A stretch of 32,000 bases of DNA, from contig NZ_RSDW01000001.1 in assembly GCF_003945235.1 (NCBI RefSeq), positions 4,890,001 to 4,922,000 on the forward strand, read 5' to 3'. The stretch's first letter is position 1. The number at the start of each line of letters is the position of its first letter. A model generated the notes under the pieces. It was given only the letters and a program-made list of their open reading frames with translations, was not told the origin of the DNA and did no database searches. A program made the position numbers and the translations under genes. This DNA comes from Edaphobacter aggregans. GTDB taxonomy: Bacteria; Acidobacteriota; Terriglobia; Terriglobales; Acidobacteriaceae. Of this stretch, positions 8,758 through 19,148 are shown piece after piece.

Positions 8758-11610
8758 CTAGAAAGCGAAGAGAGCTTGGAAGAAGATGGTGCGGTTGCCC
8801 GGGGTTGGGGATCCGAAGGGGCCGGATGCGAGCGATTGTGTCTGGCCGAAGAGAGAGGAGTTCATGACTCCGTTGGGTGTACCCAGATTGACTATGTTGA
8901 AGACGTTCAAGGCTGCTCCGACCAGGGTCAGGCTGTACCTGCGTGGAACCGTCGCGTCGATGCGGACCTGGGCCTGACCGCCACTGAGTCCGCGGCCGCT
9001 GACATTTGAATTGGCCTGGGGACCGTTGGCTCCGGAGGCGCTTTCAGTTTTGGGTCCGATTCCGAAGACCTTGCTGACGCGGATGTGAAAGACGACGTTC
9101 GAGGGGCCGACGCCAAGGTTGTAGGGAATGATCTTCTCGCCTAGGCCCACCGGATTTGTGTTGAGACAACCGAACGAGGTGGAGACAACGTTGGCAGCAC
9201 CGCAGGTACCGAAGGTGGGCCGAGCGTTGAACTGATTGTTGGCGGTGAGATCGTTGCCGATGGAGATGTTGTAGGGTGTGCCGGACTGCGCCGCCAGGAG
9301 AGGCGCGAAGACGATTCCGTGTGGCGCAGAGTAACTGGCGAGCAGGAAGAATCGGCTCCGAATGCCGAAGCTGGCGCGACCGTAGTCGAGGTGGGGATTT
9401 TGCGCGACCGATGGGAACCAGGTGACGCCCTGAGTATCGCTCTTTGCTTCGTTGAAGGTGTAGGTGCTGTTGAGTGAGAGGTGGTGAAAACGTGCGCTTG
9501 TAGACAGGATGAGTTGATGCTGACTGTAGACACCTCCCGATTGGAATTGGAAGTTGTAGTAATCGGGAAGGCTGCCGGTGACGGTGTAGGTCGTAGGGTC
9601 GAAGTCCGGCGCGGTGACGTTGTTGGAGAGATACTGATGCACGCCGCGGGTGTAGAGGTAGGTGGCGTTGAGGGTGACTTGCTTGCTGATCTGACGGTCT
9701 ACTCCGATTCCTCCCTGCATATCGAGAGCGGCACGAAAGTGTGGGTCGATGGTGGAGATGGTTGGTAGGGTTGAGCTCGTGCCCACTTGGCTTGCGGGCG
9801 GGGCGGGCGCTGTGGGGTTGAAGAAATCTGGATTGTCGACGACGAAGCTTTGCTGGTTGATGCCGTTCTGGTGGATGGTTCGGATGATGTAGGGAGTGCC
9901 AGTGGATGAGCTGAAGGAGTTGGGCACCGTGAAGCGGTTGTAGAACCAGCCATAGCCACCGCGGAAGACGGTTTTGGGCGGGGTTTTGCCGGGATGGCCG
10001 GGAGCCCAGGCAATAGCAATGCGCGGGGCCCAGTCGGCGTGATTGCTGATGTAGTTCTGGCCTTCGAAGCGAAGGCCGTAGCTGAGGGTGAGGTTCGGCT
10101 TCCATCGCCAGTCGTCTTGATAGAAGAGAGCGCCATCGAAGATGAGAGCGCGGGCGAGGGGATTGTTGACTACGGTGACTTGGTATCGCTGAGGCGTGCC
10201 GGCTGTGTACTGCGACAGGGATTGGAAAATGTAGTTGCCGTTGTCTCCGGAGGTGGAGTAGTTGGCGGCGCGATAGGCACGGAGACGTGTGCCGAAACGC
10301 AGGGTGTGGGTGCCAGCGGTAGCAGTCGAGTAGTTCTGGAGTTCAAAGATGTCCTGATGATCGCGGACTACGCCGGAGTTGTTGCCTCCGTCAATAAAGG
10401 CACCCTGAACGGTGATGGTTGGAGTGGAGAAGTCGGCGACCTGATTGTTGCGGATTCGGCGCCACTGGAAGCGGGTCTCGTTGATTAGGTGTGAGTTGAC
10501 GACTACTGTATCCCCAACCTGAAGAGCGTTTTCCTGATTGTTCAGGTCAAATGCCTGCGCGGGAAGGTTCAGCACGCCGACGCCTCCGCCGGTCTGGGTT
10601 GATCGATTGATGGAGTCGCGGATAGTCAGAGTGTTGCTCTTTCCGAGTTGGAAGTCGGCGCGCAGGCTACCGTAGAAGAAGGTTGTGGGATTCGGCACCA
10701 CTACATTCAGCGTCGTCGCCGTATTGGCAGGATTGACTGCGTTGACGATATTTTGATTCTGCTTGTTGAAGTAAGAAGCACTGGAGAAATAGGAGGCGGT
10801 TTTGGAGAGCGGGCCGTTGACGTCTCCCTGCAAGAAATAGAGGTAGTAGCTTGGTTGATCTTTCGCTAAAGGGTTTTGCGTATTCAGGGCCGAAGTGCTG
10901 CCGAACACGCCGATGTGGCCCTTCAATTTGTCGGAGCCAGGCTTGGTGAGGATCTCGATTCTTCCGTAGCCGATGCGATCAAACTCGGCTGAGAATGGAT
11001 TTTGATTAATGCGAATCTCGCGGATGGAAGACTTTGGGGGTAGCTGGCCGCCGGTGAAGCCGTCGATGTAGATCTGGCCGCCATTAGGTCCGGCGGCTGG
11101 GCCTGCCAGTGCCTGCAACTGGTTTTGGAGCTCGTCGGGATCGTCGGAGAGTGCGTCGAGGTCGCGATCCTTGAGGACGATTGCGCTCGAATTTTCGTCA
11201 GGGCTGAGACTGACGCCCTGGTGTTCGCCAGTGACTTGGACATCCTGTTGCTGGATGGCGATGGCCAAGGTCGCGTTGAGCTGCTGAACATGATCGGAGA
11301 GGATCAGGACATTTGCCTTCGAAAAATGGGCGAAACCCTCGGCGTCAACGGCCAGAGCGTAGGAGCCGAAGGGAACCGCAGTGAAGCTGTATGCGCCGTC
11401 GCGGGAGGACTGGACGGTGAGGACTTTGCTTCCTTGCGTGAGAGTTACCGTAGCTCCGGGTACGACCGCACCGCTCGGATCGAGCACTTGTCCACGGAGG
11501 CTGCCAGCGGTTTGCGCAAGAACAAGAGACGAATGCGCGAGGAGGATAACGAGAAGCAGTAGGCAGAACTTCTCCACCGCGCTGCGATAGGCACGCTTCG
11601 GGAAACTCAT
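8758..11610 (-). CDS. TonB-dependent receptor with an N-terminal CarboxypepD_reg domain.
   Basis: - 950 aa, with signal peptide FCLLLLVILLAHSSLVLAQ.
- GSLRGQVLDPSGAVVPGATVTLTQ...DGAYSFTAVPFGSYALAVDAEGF.
- Plug-like IYIDGFTGGQLPPKSSIREIRINQNPFSAEFD.
- Beta-barrel-type composition ending ...FFQALFAF. Confidence 0.9.
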   Translation of the reverse strand: MSFPKRAYRSAVEKFCLLLLVILLAHSSLVLAQTAGSLRGQVLDPSGAVVPGATVTLTQGSKVLTVQSSRDGAYSFTAVPFGSYALAVDAEGFAHFSKANVLILSDHVQQLNATLAIAIQQQDVQVTGEHQGVSLSPDENSSAIVLKDRDLDALSDDPDELQNQLQALAGPAAGPNGGQIYIDGFTGGQLPPKSSIREIRINQNPFSAEFDRIGYGRIEILTKPGSDKLKGHIGVFGSTSALNTQNPLAKDQPSYYLYFLQGDVNGPLSKTASYFSSASYFNKQNQNIVNAVNPANTATTLNVVVPNPTTFFYGSLRADFQLGKSNTLTIRDSINRSTQTGGGVGVLNLPAQAFDLNNQENALQVGDTVVVNSHLINETRFQWRRIRNNQVADFSTPTITVQGAFIDGGNNSGVVRDHQDIFELQNYSTATAGTHTLRFGTRLRAYRAANYSTSGDNGNYIFQSLSQYTAGTPQRYQVTVVNNPLARALIFDGALFYQDDWRWKPNLTLSYGLRFEGQNYISNHADWAPRIAIAWAPGHPGKTPPKTVFRGGYGWFYNRFTVPNSFSSSTGTPYIIRTIHQNGINQQSFVVDNPDFFNPTAPAPPASQVGTSSTLPTISTIDPHFRAALDMQGGIGVDRQISKQVTLNATYLYTRGVHQYLSNNVTAPDFDPTTYTVTGSLPDYYNFQFQSGGVYSQHQLILSTSARFHHLSLNSTYTFNEAKSDTQGVTWFPSVAQNPHLDYGRASFGIRSRFFLLASYSAPHGIVFAPLLAAQSGTPYNISIGNDLTANNQFNARPTFGTCGAANVVSTSFGCLNTNPVGLGEKIIPYNLGVGPSNVVFHIRVSKVFGIGPKTESASGANGPQANSNVSGRGLSGGQAQVRIDATVPRRYSLTLVGAALNVFNIVNLGTPNGVMNSSLFGQTQSLASGPFGSPTPGNRTIFFQALFAF

Positions 11611-12218
11611 TTGAAGTACCGTCCCTTTGGGATTACGGGAAAAAGAATGTAAAAGTTCCGAAAATCAAAAGTTCAACGTGAGGCCAATACGGGTTCGGGC
11701 TGAGATCGAAGAGGCTGAGATCGTCATGCAATGGGGATTAGACCTACGCGGACGATTTCGGTTAACGTCAAATCCAATTAAATTTTGCGTTCAGCTGGGT
11801 TGGTCTAGCGCGACTGAACACCTTTCTTGCGAGTCCTTGATGAGGAGCGCCTGCTCGATGGCTTCGTCGAAAATGGATTTCAGATCCGATCTCGGCTGTT
11901 TGACCCTGTCCAGCGATTAATACTTCGATTGCTATGCAAAGCCACCACTTAGGCTCGGGGAAGGTGCTGCTCGCGGGCAACGTGCCATGGCTCAATAAAA
12001 ATATGTCCGCGAATGATGCTATGTCCCTCCTAAAAGAAGTACGCACATCTTTCGGACCGGTGAATCACTCTCGCTTCCTCGGGTGCATTCCATGTCCTTT
12101 CGCAATCTGGCTGTTAGGCAACACTCGGCCGCTTGCTGACTAGCGGCTGTCATTTTCGTGACGAAGCGAATGATTTTGGGTAGTATCGAGTTTCGGTCGC
12201 ACCGGCTAAAAATACGAA

Positions 12219-13971
12219 ATGAAAAGACGTTCGGTAGTTGTGGTTTGTTTGTCGGCGGTGATGGTTGCCGCAAGTATTTTCCTGTGTTTATGGAATTGGA
12301 AAAAACCAGATCAGACAATAGTAAACGCATACGCGGATCCGAAAAGCTGCGCTCAGTGTCACATTGCCGAAGCAGCGACATATGCAACCACCGGCATGGC
12401 ACGCGCCTTCTATAGACCGCAAGCGAAAGATACCGTCGAGACTCCCGTCAAAGATCGCCAATTTTTCCACTCGGCGTCCGGCACATACTACAGCATGTCG
12501 GAACATGGGGGGAAGTACTTCCAACGGCGGTGGCAACAGGGATTCGACGGGAAACCCGACAACGTCGAAGAGTTGCAGATCGACTACATCATGGGTTCTG
12601 GACCACGTGCGTACATATTTGCATCGAGAAGAGGACGGCACGCTGATCGAACTAACGCTGGCGTGGTATGCGGAGTTGGGCGGTCACTGGGGATGAATCC
12701 GGGGTATGACAATTCCCACCCGATGACACGCCGACCGATTGCGTACGAATAAATGTTCTGTCACAACGCGTATCCGGAGATTCCTGCTACGGCACATCGC
12801 GACCTTTCAGCGAATCCCGCCTATAACGATCCTCTGCCGGAAGGTATCGATTGCCAACGTTGCCATGGCCCCGGAGCAGCACATGTGAAAGCAGCGCAGT
12901 CTGGCACGCCGGGCCCGCGGATTCGCATGCTAATCCTTAATCCAGCGCGCTTAACCAACGAGCGCAAGATGGAGGTCTGCGAACAATGCCATCTCGAAAC
13001 CACAAGCCGCTCTCTACCGGACCGCATCCGGCACTACGATCAGGCGTCTTTCGGCTATATGGCGAATCAGCCAGAGGCGCCCACCATCGTCCAAAGAACT
13101 GCTGGCGAAGCGGCAGGAGATCCCTGCGAATGCCGCGAACGCATATCACGGTGAGGTGAAGCGCTACCTGCTGGACCATGAAAATCCTATCCCGACGAAC
13201 GATCTCCATGACGCGCTTGCCCAGGTGATTGATAGCTCCAATCTGGAGGCGGGCGTCCCGCGTTTAGAAGATGCGATCCGCGTACAGCATCCCGACCAGC
13301 CCAATTTCTATGTCGAACTTGGCGACGCGATGCGACATAGCGGTGACCTTTCAGGAGCGATAGACGCCTATCGACAAGCGCTGGCCTTCGATCCCCTTTC
13401 GTCGCGCGCTCAAAGACGCCTTGGAGCGACTCTCGGGAGCGCTGGGCAGGAAGACCAGGCATTGGCGGTTCTGCAGAAATCCATCGAAGGGGAACCGGCC
13501 AATGCGCTCCTGTGGTACGAGCAGGCGTTGATTGAATTGAGAATGGGAAAGCGGGAACAAGCAATAGATCATCTTAGGAAAGCACTTCAGCTCAAGCCAG
13601 ATTTCGCCCACGCGCAAAACAATTTAGGGGCAGGTCTGGCGCAGATGGGAGACCAACAAGGTGCAGAGATAGCCTTCCGCGCGGCGTTGAGTACCAATCC
13701 ATACGATGCCGAAACCCGGGCTAACCTTGGTCGCCTGTTGGCCGGTAAAGGTGATTGGAGGCAGACTGCCTTCCATCTTCAGAAGGCCGTTCAGCTGGAT
13801 TCCACCGACGCGAACGCTCACATGGCCTATACCGTGGTGCTTCTGCAGATGCATCGCTTACCTGAAGCAGAAAATGAGGCTGAGGCCGCCGTCAAGGCTG
13901 ATCCAAAATCTTCGCAGGTGCAGGATCTTCTAGGACAGATAGTCGCACAGAGAGGCCCGAATCGGCGCTGA
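12219..13971 (+). pseudogene. Multiheme cytochrome-c-like domain + TPR-repeat protein, disrupted into three ORFs (12219-12752, 12753-13154, 13156-13971).
   Basis: - Signal/TM N-terminus, then heme motifs CAQCH (12348-12362), CQRCH and CEQCH.
- Frame leaves at about 12600 (IMGSG | LDHVRTYLHREEDGTLIELTLAWYAELGGHWG continues in another frame) and returns at the G-run 12689-12692 (MNPGYDNSHP...).
- In-frame TAA at 12750-12752 falls exactly where the first Cys of a fourth motif would be (YE*MFCH).
- A further frame change lies in about 13060-13155, before a clean TPR region (13156-13971: AIDAYRQALAFDP, ALLWYEQALIELRMGKREQAIDHLRKALQLKPDFAHAQNNLG...). Confidence 0.7.
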
Positions 13972-14184
13972 AGCTTACCCCAGCTAGGACTGACTGTGAA
14001 GATGTCTAATTCCCAGATACTAAAGGATTTTGTTCCCGGTTACTACAAAATATGAAGCTTGGAGTAGTGTATCTGTCTTCCAAACAGAACAGATGCGATC
14101 GCTCCGAATGTGCTCAAACTGAATCAATTCCATAGTGGATTGTCACGATGAGCTACCTCATGGCATTCAGAACAGCAAGGGGAG

Positions 14185-14214
14185 TTGACAACGCTTCTTC
14201 TTATGTTTTCTTAT
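14185..14214 (+). promoter_or_regulatory. Possible promoter for TBDR no. 3.
   Basis: TTGACA at 14185-14190, then an 18-nt spacer to TCTTAT (14209-14214). It is about 180 nt upstream of the ATG at 14395 in an AT-rich gap. The -10 is weak. Confidence 0.2.
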
Positions 14215-14394
14215 GGTGTCCGCAATTGTTTTATCTACAAACTTATCAAGACAACGTTTGTTCCGGATGATAATGCGCGGCTGGTTTTTCGGAGAGACGA
14301 TCCCTCATACGATGCGCTTATTTTCTCGAGAAAAAAACGCGATGACACGAAAACTTCGTTTATGCAGAAAAGTTAGTACTTTGGAGGCTTTCTC

Positions 14395-17300
14395 ATGAAT
14401 TTCACTAAGACAATAAAAAAAGCTCTATATCAGGTCGGATGCATTCTGCTGAGTCCGACTGCGATGGTAATGCTAGGCCTTATCGGATGGTGCGTGCTAC
14501 CTGGCATTTCCTCGGGCTCCGGTGTAGCGTACGCGCAAAATACCAATGCGACTATCCGTGGACAGGTGTTTGATCCTACCGGTGCACTGGTGCCTAGCGC
14601 TAAGGTCGTCATTGTCAATGAGCAGACCAATGTAGTTGTATTCAACGGCGTATCGGACTCTGCTGGCGCCTTTGTAGCGCCTCAGGTGATTCCCGGGACC
14701 TATCGGATTACTGTCTCGGCGGATGGTCTGAAGCAGGCGGTGATTAATGGACTCATCGCGACGGTTGCACAGATCGCGTCGATTAACATCTCGATGCAAC
14801 TGGGCGGTACCGCCGAAGTGGTAACTGTTGAGGCTAGGGGCGAACAGTTGGATCGCAGCACGTCTGATGTGTCGAGCCTTATTTCGCCGCAGGAGGTTCA
14901 GAACCTTCCGTTGCAGCAGCGTGCCACAGAAAATCTACTGTCCTTTATCCCGGGCGTAGCGCATGGTGGCGCTGGCAATCAGCCATCGACCTCTCAGCTC
15001 TCGATCAACGGCAGCCGCACCCTGAACACTGAAGTGCTACTAAATGGTGTTTCAACGATTGTCGCTTCGACCGGAACACCAGCGACGTTGCCTTCGCCAG
15101 ATGGTGTCGATCAATTCCGCGTAATCACCACCAACGCACCGAGCGAGTATGGTCGCACCTCAGGTGCCGTCATTTCCGTGAATACCATCTCCGGCACTAA
15201 CGTCTATCATGGCAATCTCTACTTCCTCCTACGCAATGAGGCGCTCGATGCCAATAAGTTCTTCAATAAACTGACCATCAACTCGACAACGGGCAAAGTC
15301 ACTCCTCGCGCGCGAGACCGCTTCTTTCAGGCTGGTGGTTCTGTCGGCGGCCCAGTTCGGATACCTTATCTCTACAACGGACGTGACAAGACGTTTTTCT
15401 TCGTCAACTATGACCGCACGTTCTCTCCGTCTACGACAAATCTTGCGTTTACCACTCCGACTGCTGCCCAACGCACGGGTGACCTCTCCAATGCGCCGCA
15501 GAAAATTTATCAACCCGGAAGCACAACTTCACCAGCGTTCGCGAACAACAAGATCGGTCCCATCGATCCTGCTGCTGCGAAGATACTTGCCCTGCTGCCA
15601 CTTCCCAACACCATTGGTTCGTACGACGCGGCGAATAACCGATATACAGGTAACTGGACGTCGCAGCAAAACTTTCAGAACACGACCGTCAAGCTAGTGG
15701 CCCGTGTGGATGAGCAGCTCACGTTAAAAGACAGGTTGTCTTTTAACGTCTACCGCTTCACTACTTCGACGCCTAACCCAGTCTCTTGGAACAGCACTTT
15801 GCTCAACACAACGTGGGACTGCACCTGTAACAATGCATGGCTGCCCTCCATCGATTACACCCGTGTATGGACCCCAACCCTGGTCATGGATTTGAACATG
15901 GGCTTCTTCCGCAACGTTGTGCTCCGCAATCCTCCGGGAGTCGGCCAGAATGCATCGCAGCAGCTCGGGATAGCATCGCTGCCTTTGGATCAGACGCCGG
16001 AACTTATCTTCGGCGCCACCACTGGCGCTACTTCAACCAGCAGTACAAACGCTATCAGCGACATTGGTGCGGACACCAACACGAACCAGGTCAATATCAC
16101 CAACACGTACACCCCTTTCGGTACCGTGACGAAGACGGTCGGTCCACATACTTTCAAATTCGGCGCATCGCTTCGCAAAAACCAGTTCAACTCGTATAAC
16201 CCTGCCACAAGTCCCGAGGGGCAGATCCTCTTCGATGGCACCATTACGAACCATGGCGCTGCTGGCAATCCCAACACGCAAATTGCCGACTTTCTTCTCG
16301 GCAAGATCAAGACTGCCCAGTACGAGCAGTCCCAGCCACCGACCGGTAGGCGCAACTACAATTTCGGGCTTTTTTTACAGGATGACTGGAGGGTCACTCC
16401 GAAGCTGACTCTCAACGTAGGAATTCGCTACGAGTACGAGTCGCCGCTGACGATCGCCACCAATATCTACAGCCGCATCGACCCTGTCACTGGAAACTTA
16501 TGGGCGGCTGGCCTCAATGGCGTTTCCCGTTCGCTCAATATCACCACCCCAAAGGCCAACATTTCGCCACGTTTTGGCCTGGCCTATAGTGTCAATGATA
16601 AAACCGTCGTCCGTGGGGCATTCGGTACCTTCTATGGAACCATCTTTCAGAACCTCGGCGGCCAACTTGCCTACCCTGGATTTGACAATGTCATCAGCAA
16701 CAACAATCTGGGAACGGGTGTTGCTCAGCCATTCTCGCTTTCGCAAGGTCTCCCGCTCGCACCTCCTCCAAATCTGCAAAATCCCTTTGCCGCCTTGGTG
16801 GGGTCCTCAGCGAGCAACCCTTACAGCGTCGGCATCTCGTTCAACGATCAGAACCACATGCCGCTGGTGCAGCAGTGGAACGTCGGCGTCCAGCGTCAGT
16901 TGCCTCTCTTACTTACTCTTGAGGTCAACTACGTCGGAAACCATGCGCTCCACCTCTCCTATAATCTGAACGAAAACGTTGTTCCCCTCTCGTCGGTACC
17001 TGCGGTAACGCTCGCCAACACCAGCGTCGCGACCCAAAATGCATCACCATTCCCGAATCTTAAGCAGTTCCAGGTAAATAACAACTCAGGCGGCTCCAAC
17101 TACAACGCGTTGCAGGTAACAGTTCGCCGCCAGTTCAACACCCGGCTTGCTGTTCTCTCCAACTACACCTTTGCCAAGAGTATGGATGATGGCAGCACCA
17201 TCTACAATTTCTCGGCTCCGAATGGAACGGCGAACTCACAATACGCTGTCGCTGGTCCGAACTTCATCAAGGACCTCGCAGTCAGCAATATTGATGTCAA

Positions 17301-17886
17301 GCACGTAGTGAACATCGCTATGATCTATACCACCCCAGGTCCGTGGTGGCTGCGTAACTGGCATATCTCGCCGGTTTTCATAGGCCACACCGGACTGCCC
17401 ATCAACATCACGCAGACGAACGAGATCCCGGGCTCATCGCAGCGTCCCAACGGAAACGCCCAGCTTCTCAAGCTTGCGCATCCGACTACGAACGGGGCAG
17501 CGCTGCAATACTACGTCTCCGCATCCGATCCTAACTTCCCATTAACAGCATCAGGGCCGGTTTACAACACCATCAACGGCGTACGAACGCAAATTGTCGC
17601 TACGGGTTTCGGTAATGTATCCCGCGACTCTAACCGGGCGCCCGGCGAGGTGGACTTCGATGCCTCTGTCTCGAAGGACTTCAAGATTCTTGAAGCCTTG
17701 AAGTTCCAGTTCCGTGTGGACGCCTTCAATGTCATCAACCATACAAATTTTCAGTCGCCCAGCGGCGCTCTCTCTGTAACGGCGGCTGGAAATGCAGCAA
17801 CATTCGCTACTTCGTCGGGCTTCGGGAAGATCACGGGCACGCAACCTGCTCGCACGATGCAATTATCCACGCGCTTCTTCTTTTAA
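14395..17886 (+). CDS. TonB-dependent receptor with an N-terminal CarboxypepD_reg domain.
   Basis: - GGAGG 7 nt upstream of the ATG.
- Signal peptide ...GISSGSGVAYA/Q.
- ATIRGQVFDPTGALVPSAKVVIVNEQT...AGAFVAPQVIPGTYRITVSADGL.
- Plug-like VQNLPL..RATENLLSFIPGV, LSINGSRTLNTEVLLNGVS.
- 1163 aa ending ...MQLSTRFFF. Confidence 0.9.
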   Translation: MNFTKTIKKALYQVGCILLSPTAMVMLGLIGWCVLPGISSGSGVAYAQNTNATIRGQVFDPTGALVPSAKVVIVNEQTNVVVFNGVSDSAGAFVAPQVIPGTYRITVSADGLKQAVINGLIATVAQIASINISMQLGGTAEVVTVEARGEQLDRSTSDVSSLISPQEVQNLPLQQRATENLLSFIPGVAHGGAGNQPSTSQLSINGSRTLNTEVLLNGVSTIVASTGTPATLPSPDGVDQFRVITTNAPSEYGRTSGAVISVNTISGTNVYHGNLYFLLRNEALDANKFFNKLTINSTTGKVTPRARDRFFQAGGSVGGPVRIPYLYNGRDKTFFFVNYDRTFSPSTTNLAFTTPTAAQRTGDLSNAPQKIYQPGSTTSPAFANNKIGPIDPAAAKILALLPLPNTIGSYDAANNRYTGNWTSQQNFQNTTVKLVARVDEQLTLKDRLSFNVYRFTTSTPNPVSWNSTLLNTTWDCTCNNAWLPSIDYTRVWTPTLVMDLNMGFFRNVVLRNPPGVGQNASQQLGIASLPLDQTPELIFGATTGATSTSSTNAISDIGADTNTNQVNITNTYTPFGTVTKTVGPHTFKFGASLRKNQFNSYNPATSPEGQILFDGTITNHGAAGNPNTQIADFLLGKIKTAQYEQSQPPTGRRNYNFGLFLQDDWRVTPKLTLNVGIRYEYESPLTIATNIYSRIDPVTGNLWAAGLNGVSRSLNITTPKANISPRFGLAYSVNDKTVVRGAFGTFYGTIFQNLGGQLAYPGFDNVISNNNLGTGVAQPFSLSQGLPLAPPPNLQNPFAALVGSSASNPYSVGISFNDQNHMPLVQQWNVGVQRQLPLLLTLEVNYVGNHALHLSYNLNENVVPLSSVPAVTLANTSVATQNASPFPNLKQFQVNNNSGGSNYNALQVTVRRQFNTRLAVLSNYTFAKSMDDGSTIYNFSAPNGTANSQYAVAGPNFIKDLAVSNIDVKHVVNIAMIYTTPGPWWLRNWHISPVFIGHTGLPINITQTNEIPGSSQRPNGNAQLLKLAHPTTNGAALQYYVSASDPNFPLTASGPVYNTINGVRTQIVATGFGNVSRDSNRAPGEVDFDASVSKDFKILEALKFQFRVDAFNVINHTNFQSPSGALSVTAAGNAATFATSSGFGKITGTQPARTMQLSTRFFF

Positions 17887-17913
17887 CCTTTTCGCTTTCC
17901 TATATACCTACTG

Positions 17914-17945
17914 GATGGTCACCCAAATGGGTGACCATCTTTTTC
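17914..17945 (+). terminator. Rho-independent terminator of TBDR no. 3.
   Basis: GATGGTCACCC-aaat-GGGTGACCATC is a perfect 11-bp stem, followed by TTTTT. It starts 28 nt after the stop codon. Confidence 0.85.
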
Positions 17946-18023
17946 TCAAGTAACGGGCGACCCGAATCGTCGTGATGTTCGATCTCGAGTGAAGGCGCGT
18001 CGCCACATAAGTAGTTTGATCGA

Positions 18024-19148
18024 ATGAAGGATACAAAGATGAATAGTTCCGTACGATTCAAGGGCTGGATCAATAAAAACTACACTAAGGGCTCGATGTG
18101 CGTTATTTTTCTGGCTCTGTTTGCTGCCTCCATTCCAGTTCTCGCCGCAGCACCGGTACAACCTCTTCGTTCTCCCTGGGATGGAAAGCCTGTCACCATA
18201 ACGGAGACACCCTTCGCATGCCCGGCCATTGCACATATAGCTCCGGATCTGGTGACGGACGGCTTCTACAGGTTGGATGATCCAACCCACTCCATCATTG
18301 ATCCAGTGCGGCAGGAGGCATACCGCAAATCGAGTGACGGAGTAAAAAATATCGGGATGGCCATCGTCAAAGCGGCCGACGATTACCGTACTACAGGCTC
18401 GCGGAAGGCGGCCCAATGTGCGATGATCCAGATCCTGACGCTGGCGCAGGAACACTCATTGACTGGAAAGATGTCATCGAATCAGGCGTACTACGTGCAG
18501 GGTTGGGTCGTCGGCGCCATCGCAATCGCCTATCTCAAGATTCGTGAAACGGGTATAGCGACGCCACAGCAGACCGAAACTATCGCCAACTGGATGCAGA
18601 GCGTTGGAGAACAAACAATCGGCTATTACGACGCACATAAGAGAGTGGGGCATGGGGACAGTCAAAACAATCATCTCTATTGGGCCGGGGTCGAACTTGC
18701 CGCGATTGGAGTGGCAGCGAATAATCGCAAAGAATTCGATTGGGCAATGTCAACTTACGATAATGGAGTTGACCAGATACAACCCGACGGCGCGCTTCCA
18801 TTAGAAATGGCTCGGGGTGGCCGAGCCTTGCACTATCATCTTTATGCCCTTGCACCTCTTGTCCTGCTCGCAGAGTTTGGAGAAGCCAATCATCTTGATC
18901 TTTATGCCCATGCAAACGGCGCGATTCATCGCCTCGTCAACTTTTCGGTAGCCGGTCTCCAGGATCCGACGCCCTTCGTCAAAGCGACTGGCGTACAACA
19001 AGAGATACCGAAGACGATCAATGGAGACCAGATTGGCTGGGCACCTCCTTACGCACAACGTTTTCCCCATCCCGCACTTGAGCGACTAATAAAAGCTGCC
19101 ACGAATCTAAGCGTCTACTACTTAGGTGGTCTTCCTCCAGGCGCATGA
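18024..19148 (+). CDS. Alginate (poly-beta-D-mannuronate) lyase, AlgL-like, polysaccharide lyase family 5.
   Basis: Signal peptide CVIFLALFAASIPVLAAAP. PL5 hallmark NNHLYWAG (NNHSYW motif) and ARGGRALHYHLYALAPL (catalytic Tyr region). The alternative start ATG 18039 has AAGGA 7 nt upstream. The stop overlaps the next ATG (ATGA at 19145-19148). Confidence 0.82.
   Translation: MKDTKMNSSVRFKGWINKNYTKGSMCVIFLALFAASIPVLAAAPVQPLRSPWDGKPVTITETPFACPAIAHIAPDLVTDGFYRLDDPTHSIIDPVRQEAYRKSSDGVKNIGMAIVKAADDYRTTGSRKAAQCAMIQILTLAQEHSLTGKMSSNQAYYVQGWVVGAIAIAYLKIRETGIATPQQTETIANWMQSVGEQTIGYYDAHKRVGHGDSQNNHLYWAGVELAAIGVAANNRKEFDWAMSTYDNGVDQIQPDGALPLEMARGGRALHYHLYALAPLVLLAEFGEANHLDLYAHANGAIHRLVNFSVAGLQDPTPFVKATGVQQEIPKTINGDQIGWAPPYAQRFPHPALERLIKAATNLSVYYLGGLPPGA

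Noticed and set aside
11800-11925. 41-codon minus-strand open frame (SLDRVKQPRSDLKSIFDEAIEQALLIKDSQER...) that looks protein-like.
   Set aside because: It has no start codon, is bounded by stops, and is too short to assign. At most it is a gene fragment.
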